This document shows, piece after piece, positions 37,141 through 48,940 of a stretch of 64,000 nt of DNA. The notes below the pieces were generated by a model, which worked only from the letters and a program-made list of their open reading frames with translations, was not told the DNA's origin and ran no database searches. How positions within the stretch are numbered: position 1 is the first letter of the stretch; every line of letters starts with the position of its first letter. Both the position numbers and the translations under genes were made by a program. The stretch comes from Mobula hypostoma (Eukaryota), in contig NC_086106.1 in assembly GCF_963921235.1 (NCBI RefSeq), forward strand, positions 81,592,001-81,656,000, given 5' to 3'.

Positions 37141-40058
37141 AGTTGGATGCTGTGGCATAGAAACATACAAGTCCTCCCCAACTAACAACCACCTGACTTA
37201 TGTACACCCTGCTCATATAGTTGAGCACTTGGGATACTGGCAGGATGGGTTTCCCAGCTGCTAATGGACCAGGGACATCTTCTACCACCCGGGATCTCAG
37301 TTCATGGCCGCATTTCCAACTTGCTAACTGTTTGGGTTTCAAAATGCTCACAGGAATGGAAACTGACTGTAACCTGGAGTGGCTGAAGAGTTGGTGCAGG
37401 GGGCAGGGGTTCAGATTTCTGGATCATTGGGATCTCTTCTGGGGAAGGTCTGACCTGTACAAAAAGGACAGACTTGCACCTGAACAGGAAAGGGACCAAT
37501 ATCCTGGCAGGCAGGTTTGCTAGAGCTGTTGGGGAGGGTTTAAACTAGTTTAGCAAGGGGGTGGGAATCAGAATGTGAGAGCAGAGATTAGGGTAGAAGG
37601 ACAAGGGCATGATGCTATGTGTTCTGAGTTGGTGAGGAAGGACAGGCAGGGACAAAACATAAACATAGCCAGTTAGAGGGGTTGAAATGTGTCTATTTCA
37701 ATGCTAGGAATATTAGGAATACAGGGGATAAACTTAGAGCATGGATCAGTATGTGGAACTACGATGTTGTGGCTGTTACTGAAACTTGGCTGGAGGATGG
37801 GCAGGATTGGCTGATGCAGGTACCGGGGTTTAGGTGTTTCAAAAGGAATAGGGTGGGAGGTAGAAAGGGTTGGGGTGGGGGGAGTAGCATTACTGGTCAG
37901 GGATAGTATCACGGCTATAGAAAGGGAGGACACTGCAGAGGTAGTGTCCACTGAGTCAGTGTGGGTGGAAGTCAGAAATAGGAAGGGATCAATTACGGTG
38001 CTGGGAGTAGTCTATAGGCCCCCAGATAGCCCTCGGGACACCGAGGAGCAGATAAGCAGGCAGATTTTAGAATGGTGCTGAAAATACAGGGTTGTAGTAA
38101 TGGGTGATTTCAACTTCCCTCATATTGACTGGCACCTCCTGACTGCAAGGGGGATAGATGGCGCTGAATTTGTCAGGTGTGTTCAGAAGGATTCCTGACA
38201 CAGTATGTGGACCGGCCGACGAGAGGAGAGACCATACTGGATCTAGTTCTGGGTAATCAACCTGGTCGGGCGGCAGACCTCTTAGTGGGGGAGCATTTTG
38301 GTGAGAGAGACCACAACTCCCTTAGCTTCAGGATAGCTATGGAAAAGGATAAAAACAAACAAAATGGGAAAGTGTTTAAATGGGGAAGGGCTAACTATGA
38401 AGGGATGAGGCAGGATTTAGCGGGAGTAAATTGGAAACAGATGTTCAAGGGTGAAAGCACAGAAGTAATTTGGAAGAAGTTAAGGGACCACTTGTGTTGG
38501 GTTCAGGATAGGTTTGTCCCACTGAGACAAGGAAAAAAGGTAGGAAAAGGGGAACCGTGGCTGACGAAACACATGAGGCAACTTGTCAACAGGAAGAAGG
38601 CAGCATATGTTAGATATAAGAAGCAGGAAATAGGAGGGGCTCATGAGAAATATAGGGTAGCCAGGAAAGAGCTTAAGAAAGGACTTAGGAGAGCTCGAAG
38701 GGAGCATGAGAAGGCCTTGCCATGTAGGATTAAGGAGAACCTCAAGGCATTCTATGTGTATGTGAAGAACAGAAGGATGACAAGAATGAAGGTGGGGCCG
38801 CTAGAGGATAAAGAAGGCAATATGTGCCTGGAGGCGGAGGAGGTTGGGGAGGTCCTAAATGAATACTTTGCTTCAGTATTCACAAGTGAAAAGGACCTTG
38901 TTCAAGGTGAGGTCAAAATAGAACAGGCCTGTGTGCTAGACGATGTGGAGATTAAGGAAGAAGAAGTGCTGGATCTTCTTAAAAACATCAAGATTGGTAA
39001 ATCCCCAGGGCCGGACGTGATATACCCCAGGTTGCTGTGGGAAGTGAGAGAAGAGATTGCTGGAGCAGTAGCTATGATCTTTGAATCTTCTTTGGCTGCA
39101 GGGGAGGAGGTGCTGGAGGATTGGAGAATGGCAAATGTAGTTCCCTTGTTTAAATAAGGTAAAAGGGAGAATCCTGGGGACTATAGACCGGTGAGTCTTA
39201 CGTCGGTGGTCTGCAAACTATTGGAAAGGATTCTTAAGGATAGGATCTGCAAGCACTTGGAGAAGTACAGTCTACTCAAGGATAGTCAACATGGCTTTGT
39301 GAAGGGAAGGTCGTGCCTCATGAGCCTAATTGAGTTTTTTGAAGAGGTAACAAAAGAAATTGATGAGGGTAGGGCGGAAGATGTGGTCTACATGGATTTT
39401 AGCAAGGCATTTGACAAGGTCCCCCATGAGAGACTCATCCAGAAAGTCATGAGGCATGGGATCAGTGGAACCTTGGCTGTTTGGATAAAAAATTGGCTTA
39501 CAGGAACAAAGCAGAGGGTAGTAGTGGAAGAAAAGTATTCTGCCTGGAGGTTGGTGACTAGTGGAGTGCCGCAAGGATCTGTTCTGGGACCCCTGCTGTT
39601 TGTGATTTTTATAAATGACCTGGATGAAGAGGCGGAAGGATGGGTGAGTAAGTTTGCAGATGGTACGATGATTGGAGGAGTTGTGGATGGAGCTGTAGGT
39701 TGTTGAAGATTACCAGAGGATATAGACAGGATGCAGACTTGGGCAGAAAAGTGGCAGATGGAGTTCAATCCGGATAAGTGTGAGGTGATGCATTTTGCAA
39801 GGTCAAACCAGAAGGCTGAGTACAGGGTTAATGGTCAGTTACTTAAGAGTGTGGATGAACAGAGGGACCTTGGGGTTAATATCCACATATCCTTCAAGGT
39901 TGCTGCACAGGTTGATAGGATAGTTAAGAAGGCCTGTGGGATGCTAGGATTAATTAATAGGGGGATTGAGTTCAAGAGTAGAGAGGTCATATTGCAACTC
40001 TACAAATCTCTGGTGAGACCACACTTAGAGTATTGTGTTCAGTTTTGGTCACCTCATA

Positions 40059-40602
40059 CAGGGAGGGGTAGCACCTCTGGTGGGGGAACATGTCACGTCC
40101 TTTTCAAGGCGTCTAGTCCACCTTTGGTCCCCACCTGGCACTTAGCTCTCACCTGTGGCTCCTCATAGCTGTTTGCATGCGACAGCAGCCATACCCTGGG
40201 CAACGGCTTCGACAAGCCAGCTAAACCAAGTGAGGGTAGCTGACGGATCTCAAACCCTTGGTGAGGTAGGGAGTTGTCTATCCCAGCATGTGAAGACAGA
40301 TTCTGGTGGATTGAGCGGATGAGACCAATGGAAGGTCCAACGGTCAAGAAGGCGGTCTCTGCAAACGTCATGGAAACGTGTAGAGCAGGACAAGACACAG
40401 AAGACCTCCTGGACATCCACTGCGCCTTGCCCCATCTCCAGCCGTCTAGACTCTGTCTTGCCACTGGACCCAGATGGGAATTGGGAAGAGAGAGTGAGGC
40501 TGACGCTGCGCAACTCTCCCTCACTTAAATCCAAATCACGCGCTAGTCTCGACACCATCACATGGTGTTGAGGTCCTTATTGACGTCGGCGATGGACGAA
40601 CA
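40059..40602 (+). mobile_element. RTE-type non-autonomous retroposon (SINE-like) inserted in CR1 ORF2
   Basis: Interrupts CR1 at WSPH|YRKDVEA with a possible cata duplication. It is non-coding. The 3' end cacttaaatccaaatcacgcgc...gtcc...ggacgaac has terminal hairpins and resembles RTE 3' UTRs (recalled, not searched). Confidence 0.75.
40065..40234 (+). ncRNA. Candidate HDV-like self-cleaving ribozyme
   Basis: P1 ggggta/taccct with a G1-U wobble. P2 ctcacctgt/accaagtgag. P3 ggc/gcc. L3 begins tcctcat. P1.1 cc/gg. J1.1/4 gcaac. P4 ggctt-cgac-aagcc. J4/2 ctaa. All elements are in the canonical order. Confidence 0.6.
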
Positions 40603-41124
40603 CATAGGAAGGATGTGGAAGCTATGGACAGGGTGCAGAGGAGATTTACCAGGATGTTGCCTGGATTGGAAAACAAGTCTTATGAGGCAAGGTTAGCAGA
40701 GCTGGGGCTTTTCTCTTTGGAGCGTAGAAGGATGAGAGGGGACTTGATAGAGGTCTACAAGATTATGAGAGACATAGATAGGGTGGATAGCCAGTACCTG
40801 TTTCCCAGGACACGAATAGCAAACACCAGAGGGCATACGTACAAAGTTAAGGGAGGGAAGTTTAGGGGAGACAGCAGGGTTAAGTTTTTTTACACAGAGG
40901 GTTGTGGGTGCCTGGAATGACTTGCCAGGGATGGTGGTGGAGTTTAAAACATTAGGGGTATTTAAGAGCCTCTTGGACAGGCACATGGATGAAAGAAAAA
41001 TAGAGGGTTACAGGGTAGTGTGGGTTTAGTACTTTTTTTAAGGAATATATGGGTTGGCACAACATCGAGGGCCAAGGGGCCTGTACTATGCTGTATTATT
41101 CTAGTGTCTAGTGTCTAATGACTT

Positions 41125-41395
41125 GCACAGCAGAGAAACAGATCCATGGTGACCATAATTAACCCAATTACGTCAGACCCACTTTACTCTCCCCGCATTC
41201 CCATCCACTCTCTCCCAGATTCTACCACTCACCTACGTGGTAAAGGTGAATTTGCAGTGGCCAGTTAACTGTTTTTTTATGTAGGAGGAAACTAGAGAGA
41301 GCACGTACTCTCCTTGTGGCACCTGAAGTCAGGGTTGAACCTGGGTTACTGGAACTGTCAGGTGTCTGCTCTACCCTCCCCATTGCATCACTGTA
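41125..41395 (-). mobile_element. Degenerate V-SINE
   Basis: Reverse-complement B-box ccaggttcaacc, V-domain-like gtttcctcctac...ttaactggccactgcaaattcacc, and a CR1-like tail. Confidence 0.55.
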
Positions 41396-42034
41396 CAGTT
41401 CTAGTTGTCTCTATTTTGCATTTCCTCCACAAAGGCATGATCTTGAATAAGAAGATTATCATAGAGCCGGTCTCATTGAAAGCTGGTGTCAAAGAACACT
41501 CAACAGTTTTTATAATCGTTCTTGCATTTGGTTTTAAAGCCAAGTTAAATTTTATAAAGCAAAGATTGAAGAGAGTTTCTTTGGTGGAAGGAGTAGGGAA
41601 ATGGCATTTTCCTTGTAAATAAGGGACAGATAGTTTGAAGAGAAAATAAACATTGAACTGGAGGCAGATGGGGAGTTTGTGTCAGGAAATGTAAGGAAGG
41701 CTTGACCCAAAAGTAAAGCAGTGCAAGCATTCTACAAAGAACAATAAATTTAATGATAGACTGCAAAATAAAATGCCATGAGGGGCCACAAAACAGGAGA
41801 GAACAGATACTAAATGCAACAGGCGGCAAGGTAATTGAATGCTGAGAGGAGGTCCTTGTTGAGGCTGGTTGGTTTGATAGGTGAACAAGTACTGGATTTA
41901 AATAGGCGGCAGGCAATGAGTTGAAAACAAGTGGTAATTGACTCCTGTCAACTGGGAGGTGTCTGCCAGTGCAGACCTAACAGTTTGAATATGTTTCGAA
42001 AGCCAAAAATATACAAACATGTTAAATGAATTTA

Positions 42035-42513
42035 CTGTGGAAGTGTTAAAGCCCAGTCCAGCACAGGTAAAACTCTCTGCACTATTGAATGCATTTACAT
42101 GGAGCACTGCCACAAGAAAGCAGCATTTATCATCAAAGACCTCAGCCATCAACCAGGCCCTCTTCTTGCCGCTCTCATTGGGCAGGAGGTACAAAAGCCT
42201 CAGATCCAACACTATCAGGTTCAGCTATTGTCTGACAAGCCTCAAGATCATGTACCAGCATGGACATCTTCAATCATCACTACTCTGAACTGATTTACAG
42301 AATGGTTCAAGGACTCTTTACAACTCATGTTTCAACTTATTTTTAATTTGCATAGTTTGACTTCTTTTGCACATTGGTTGTTTAGGTACAGTTTTTTTTT
42401 GCTAATTCAATTGTATTTAATTTTTTCCCCTATAAATGACTGCAAGAAAATTATTCTCAAGGTAGCATATACATACTTCGATAACAAATTTATTTTGAAC
42501 TTTGAATTTTGAA
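42035..42513 (+). mobile_element. Rex1/Babar LINE 3' fragment
   Basis: MEHCHKKAAFIIKDLSH and LFLPLSLGRRYKSLRSNTIRF. Tail is (ttgaac/t)n. Confidence 0.8.
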
Positions 42514-43196
42514 ATATGGAAATCCAAGCTGGGTTGTATTAGAGAAAGACGCTGTTCATACCTGTTTGACCGCTTGCCTTTTTACCAGTGAGGGCTGCAG
42601 TACAATTAAACTGCATAGTGAGAGGAAAAAACTGTCTGGGTTATCACTGAGGATCTGATGATATTGTATGCAAAGATACTTTTGAATTGATGCTTGTAAA
42701 ATTAAGATAATAGGAATCCACCTTTGTATACTGTAACTCTTTTGTTCTTCCTTTATTAAAATGTTTACAGATGTCCATTGTTTCAATCAATACATTTGCA
42801 ATATGGGCATAGAAATATAAGAACTACCATTTTAAGGCAGGGAAATTCTTACTTACAACTTCCTTTTACAATGCTTCCCTAGGATAGTCGCCAGTTGCAA
42901 AATGCCTGATTTACATATTATTATTGAAGCTCTGGTATTGTGTACTGTACATATAAGTACTTTTGGAATGGAAATTCAGAGGAATCATCATTATTGACTT
43001 TGAGGGCCAATTGAATTAGAAAGCTGGTGAAGGGGCAATGTATGGGTTTGTATACCAACTTTCACAAACTCTGGCCATCTTATAACCTAATTATTTTGAA
43101 GCATAGTTAGTATTGTAATATAAGAAATGCTGAAACAAGGCCTCACAAAGAGCAAACTGATAATAAGCCAATTTTCAATATAAATAAACTACTTGA

Positions 43197-43306
43197 AGTT
43201 GGAAATAAAAGAAGCACTGAAAGGGTTGGAAGCATTCAGCAGGACAGGCACCATCTATAGAAAGAGAAACAGAGTTAATATTTCAGGTCTGAGACTTGTA
43301 GTCAGT
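43197..43306 (-). mobile_element. Decayed Penelope-like pLTR remnant
   Basis: cagcaggacaggcaccatctatagaaagagaaacagagttaatatttcaggtctgagac resembles the pLTR ends at 8578 and 14544. Confidence 0.5.
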
Positions 43307-43697
43307 GTTTTAATAATATTAATAGAAAAATAAATGTTCAGGACACAGTGGTTTCCCTTCTTTGATAATATGCCATTGGCCTTGGCAAGCAATCATAGGG
43401 TATTTGATAAACATACTACCTCCAACCTGAATAGTCAGCACCCATACCACAAGAACATGATGACTATAATGTGTACCACCCATAACGCGCTGCAGCATCT
43501 TGACAAGACTTCTGTGACAGCAATATACAATGGAATTGTTTTGCTTTTTTTTGAAAATAGAATACACCATTTCCTTTCATATGATTATATTCTCCTCTTC
43601 TACACTGGTTGTGAACAGTATCACTTGTCTAATATATAAATGTATCAATGACATGTAAATTGTCTTTGGTTGTAGACACTCTACATTGTACTAATTA

Positions 43698-45402
43698 CAA
43701 GACCATAAGACATAAGATGAGAATTAGGCCATTTGGCCCATTAAGTCTGCTCTGTCATTCAATCATGACTGATCCCTTTTTTCCTCCTCAGCCCCAATCC
43801 CTGGCCTTCTCCCTGTAACCTTTGTTGCCATATCCAATCGAGAACCGATCAATCTCTGCCTTAAATATATCCAATGACCCGGCCTCCACAGCTGCCTGCA
43901 GTAATAAATGCCACAAATTCACCACCCTCTGGCTAAAGAAATTACTCTGCATCTGTTTTAAATGGATGATCCTCTACTCTGAAGCTGTCCCCTCCTGTTC
44001 TGGACTCCCTCACCATGGGAAACATCCTTTCCACATTACTCTGTCTAGGCCTTTCAACATTTGAAAGGTTTCAGTGAGATCCACCCCCCCCCATCCTTCT
44101 AAATTCCAGTGAGTACAGACCCAGAGCTATCAAACGTTCCTCATATGAATTCACTCCCAGAATTATCTTTGTGAACCTCCTCTGAACTCTCTCCAATGCC
44201 AGCAGATCTTTTCTAAGATGAGGAGCCCAACACTGTTCACAAAACTCAAGGTGAGGCCTCTCCAGTGCCTTATAAAGCCTCAGCATCACATTCCTACTCT
44301 TGTATTGTAGACCTCTTGATATAAATGCTAACGCTGAATTTGCCTTCCTCAGCACCGACTCTCCCTGCAAGTTAACCTTTAGTGTATTCTGCACAAGGAC
44401 TCCCAGGTCACTTTGTACCTCAGATTTTTGGATTTTCTCCCCATTTAGAAAATAGTCTGCACATTTATTTCTACTACCAAGTTGCACGACCATGCATTTT
44501 CCAACATTGTATTTCATTTGCCACTTTCTTTCCATTCTCCTAAGTCCTTCTGCAGCCTATCCATTTCCTCAAAACTGCAGGCTCCTCCACCAATCTTTGT
44601 ACCATCTGCAAACTTGGCAACAAAGCCATCTATTCCATCATCTAAATCATTGATAATCAGCATAAAAAGAAGCAGTCCCAACACCGACCCCTGCAGAACA
44701 CCATTAGACACTGGCAGCCAAACAGAAGAGGATCCTTTTATTCCCACTTGCTCCCCCTATCAATCAGCCAATGCTCTAACCATGCCAATAACGTTCCTGT
44801 AATACCATGGGCTCTTAACTTGGCAAGCAGTCTCTTGTGAGGCACCTTGTCAAAGGCCTTCTGAAAGTCCAAATATACAACATCCACTGCATCCCCTTTA
44901 TCTATCCTACTTGTAATCTCCTCAAAGAATTTCACCAAATTTGGTAGGCAAGATTTTCACTTAAGGAAACCATACTGACTTTGTCCCACCTTGTTCTGAG
45001 TCACCATGTACTTCATAAGCTCATCGTTAACAACTGACTCCAACATCTTCCCAATCACTGAGGCCAGGATAACTGGTCTATAATTTCTTTTCTGTTGCCT
45101 TCCTCTTTCTTAAAGAGTGGAGAGACATTTGCAATTTTCCAGTCCTCTGGGACCATGTCAGAGTCCAATGATTTTTGAAAGATCATTACTAATGCCTCCA
45201 CAATATCTATCGCTACTTCTTCAGAACCCTCATGTGCAATTCATCTGACCCGGGTGACTTAGGTGTTTCAGCTTTTTGAGCACCTTCTCCCTTGTAATAT
45301 TAATTGCATCCAATTCTCTTCCTTCATACCCTTCAACATCTAGCACACTGCTAATGTCTTCCACAGCGAAGACTGATATAAAATACTCATTTAATTCATC
45401 TT
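43698..45402 (-). mobile_element. CR1 LINE, 5'-truncated (RT plus 3' UTR)
   Basis: [36 protein letters not shown] and WQMKYNVGKC. Confidence 0.93.
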
Positions 45403-45509
45403 AATTGTCTGAAGGAAATTTGGAAATGAAGTGAAAGTGCTTGCTAGTCCACTGCTGTGATTTTTGATGCTACATTTTTGCTACATTATTTGCAATTATA
45501 TTGCAGACA

Positions 45510-48185
45510 AAATTGGAAAGAAGGGTGGTCATTACAGGACTGAAGGCGTTATATTTGAATGCACAGAATTTATAAAAATAAGATAGATAACCTTGTAGCG
45601 CAATTAGAAATTGATAGGTATGACAGTGTGGGCATCACAGAGTCATAGTTGAAAGATGATCACAGCTGGAGGCTTAGCATTTAAAGGTACACATTGTATT
45701 GAAAGGACAGGCATGTGGGCAGAAGGGTGTCTTTGCTGGTAAAAATGAACTGAAATTGAAAAAACTCTTCTCTACATAAACCGGGAGTTTATTTGTCACA
45801 TATGCCGAGAAAGGACTAGATCTTTTTCATGAGATCAAATCCTTTGAAAGAAATGACATAAGATCAGAGATGTTGAATCCTTGAGGGTAGAATTAAGAAA
45901 GTGCAAGGGTAGAAGACCCTGATGGGAGTTATATACAGGTCTCTGAACAGCAGCCATGATGTATTGAAAGGAGGATTTCAATATGCAGGTAGATTGGGAA
46001 AATTGGGTTGATGCTAGATCCCAAGAGAAGAAATTTGTAGAATGCCTACGAGATGGTGTTTTAGATTGAGTCCTCTAGGGTAAAGACAATTCTGGACTGG
46101 GTGTTACAGTATATAATGAACCAGATTTAATTACTGAGCTTAAGGTAAAGGAATTCTTGGGAGGCAGTAATCATAATATGATAGAATTCACCCTGTAGTT
46201 TGAGAGGGAGAAGGTAAAGTCAGTTGTATCACTATTAGAGTAGAGTAAAGGGAATTACAGAGGCATGAGAGAGGATCTAGCCAAAGTTGATTGGAATGGA
46301 AGACTATCAGGGATGACAGCAGAACAGTAATGGCTGGAGTTTCTGGGAGTAATTCAGAAAATGGAGGATTGGTTCAGACAAGATGAAGTATTCTAAAGAA
46401 AGGATGAGGCAACAAAGGAAAGGAAAAGAGAGGGCATACAATATAGCAAAAAATAGTGGGAAACCAGAGGAGTGGGAAGCTTTTAAAAACCAACAGAAAG
46501 CAACTGAAAATGCAATGACAGGAAAGATGAAATATAATGAAAAAGGATACTGTAAGTTTCCTTTTAAGAGTAAAAGAGAGTAAGAGTGGACATTGGACCT
46601 CTGGAAAACGACACTGGGGAAGTAGTAATGGAGGGCAAACTGAATACGTATTTTGCATCTGTGTTCACCGTGGAAGACACCAACAGTATGCCAGAAATTC
46701 AATAGTGTTAACGGGTAGAAGTGAGCCTGGTCGTTATTACTAAGGCGAAGGTGCTTGGAAAGCTGAAAGGTAGATAAGTCACCTTGACCAGATGGACTAC
46801 ACCTCAGGGTTCTAACAAAGATAGCTGAAGAGATTTTGGAGGGTTAGCAGTGATTTTTCCAAGAATCACGAGGTTCTGGAATGGTTCCAGAGAACTAGAA
46901 AATCCACTCTCTTAGAAGGGAGGAAGGCAGAGGACAGGAAATTATAAGCTTGTTATCTTGATTTCAGTGGTTGAATTTTCAGAAGTCCTTTGACAAGGTG
47001 CCACATTTGAGGCTGCAAAACAATGTAAGAGTCCATGATATTACAGGAAAGACACTAGCATGGACAGAGTATTTGCTGACTGGCAGAAAGCAAGGAGTGG
47101 GAATAAGGGGTTCTTTTCTGGTTAGCTTCCAATGACTAGCAGCATTCTACAGGGGTCTGTGTTGGATCCACTCATTTTAATATATATTAATTTTCTGGAT
47201 GATGGAATTGATGGCTTTGTGGCCAGGCTTGCAGATGATATAAAGATAGGTGGAGGGGCAGGTAATTTTGAGGCAGCAAGGAGTCTGCAAAAAGACTTTG
47301 ATAGATTAGGAGAATGGACAAAGAAGTGACAGATGGAATATAGTGTAAGGAAGTATATTGTTATGCACTTTGGTACAAGGAATAAAGATGTAGACTATTT
47401 TCTACTTGAGGAGCAAATTCGGAAATTGAGGTGCAAAGGGGCATGGGAGTCCTTGTGTAGGATTCCCTATAGGTTAACTTGCAGATTGAGTCAGCAGTAA
47501 AGAAGGCAAAAACTATGTTAGATTTCATTTAGGTAGGACCAGAATATAAAGCAAAGGTATACTTGCTGAGGCTTGATAAAGCATTAGTCAATCCTCTTTT
47601 GGAGTCCTGTGAGCAGTTTTGAGCCCCAGATTTAAGAAGGGATGTGCTGATTTTGGAGAGAGTTCAGGGGAGGTTTACAAGATTGATCACAAGAGCAAAA
47701 GGGTTCATATATGAAGAGCATTTTATGGCTCTGGGTCTGTACTCACCAGAGTTTAGAACAATAAGAGGGTTCTTATTGAAACATTCAATATTGAAAGGCT
47801 GAGATAGTGTGGATATTGAGAGTATGCTTCAAATGGTGGGATAGTCTTGAACTAGAGGGCACGGCCCCAGAATAGAAGGATGCTCGTTACCACCAACTCA
47901 ACCTGCAAGCTAACCTTTAAGGTTGTCCCTTTAGAACAGAGGTGAGGAGAATTTCTTTAGCAAGAGGGTAGTAGATCTGTGGAATTCATTGCCACAGACA
48001 GCTGTGGAGACCAAGTCATTTGAAATATTTAAAACTGAGGTTCTTGATTCGTAAGAGTGGTCAAAGGTTACATGTAGAAGTCAGGAGAATGGGGTTGAGA
48101 GGGAAAAGAAATTAGCCATGATAGAATGGTGCAGCAGACTTAATTTGCCAAATAGCCTAATTCTGCTTCTCTTTCTTATGGTTTT
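45510..48185 (+). mobile_element. CR1 LINE, degenerate, APE through 3' UTR with internal deletions
   Basis: LKALYLNA..VGITES APE start, LQGSVLDPL..ARLADDIKIGG, and CR1 3' UTR ending cttatggttt. Confidence 0.9.
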
Positions 48186-48316
48186 ACAGTTAATCCGGGC
48201 AACAGAAAGTTCAATTTCACCCCACAACATTTATCCTGTCAGTGACCATTTCAATTTCTTTCACTGATGATTAGTTTTGTTAGCTTTTCTGGGATATCAG
48301 CAAAATCAGCAAAACT

Positions 48317-48940
48317 GGTGAGAGGAGAGATAGCAGCACGCCATGCGTGCGCAGCCCTCCGGTGAAAATGATATCGTATCTGTTAAATAGAGGCCGTGGA
48401 CAATTCTGATTTGATGGAGACAGACGTGAAAGCACAGGGGAACATCTGGAGAAATTTCTGAAATGCCCGTTCGCTGCTGTTGTTACTGCGTGATCGAGAA
48501 TCTTCCGGAGGGAAGGCCTCAAAATCCCTGGCTTTGCCTGGTGTTGGCGACCGAGACTGAGGTCGAATCACTCGGATAGAGGTGGTGTTCGGTACTCGGT
48601 GTCGGAGAGCTGATCGAAGGCTCGAAGTTTTCGGACGAGTCAGAGTCGGACTGTGGTCGGGCATGGCAGGAAGAGTTTTTCTTCTTTCTCCCGTCTGCGT
48701 GAGATGTGGGACATTTGAGAGACTTTGAACTTTTTACTATGCTCAAGGACTATTCTTCATCAAGTTATGGTATTGTTGCACTGTTGTAACTATATGTTAT
48801 AATTATGTGGTTTTGTTAGTTTTTTCAGTCTTGGTCTGTCCTGTGTTTTGTGATATCACACCGGAGGAATATTGTATCATTTCTTAATGCATGCATTACT
48901 AAATGACAATAAAAGAGGACTGTGTGTCTTCATAATCTAA
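48317..48940 (+). mobile_element. Non-autonomous retroposon family B, copy 1
   Basis: Colinear with 56337-57017 and the reverse complement of 53041-53616. Ends aaatgacaataaaagaggactgtgtgtcttcataatctaa. Confidence 0.85.

Larger units (their letters stand above)
37372..41117 (+). mobile_element. CR1 LINE with ORF1 C-terminus and an almost complete ORF2 (APE plus RT), a few stops and frameshifts
   Basis: [65 protein letters not shown] and KFADGT. Tail is (ctagtgt)n. Confidence 0.96.

Noticed and set aside
38177-40168. Long RT ORFs as a functional gene, or as a retron/DGR-like system
   Set aside because: They are standard CR1 ORF2 pieces broken by stops, frameshifts and an insertion.
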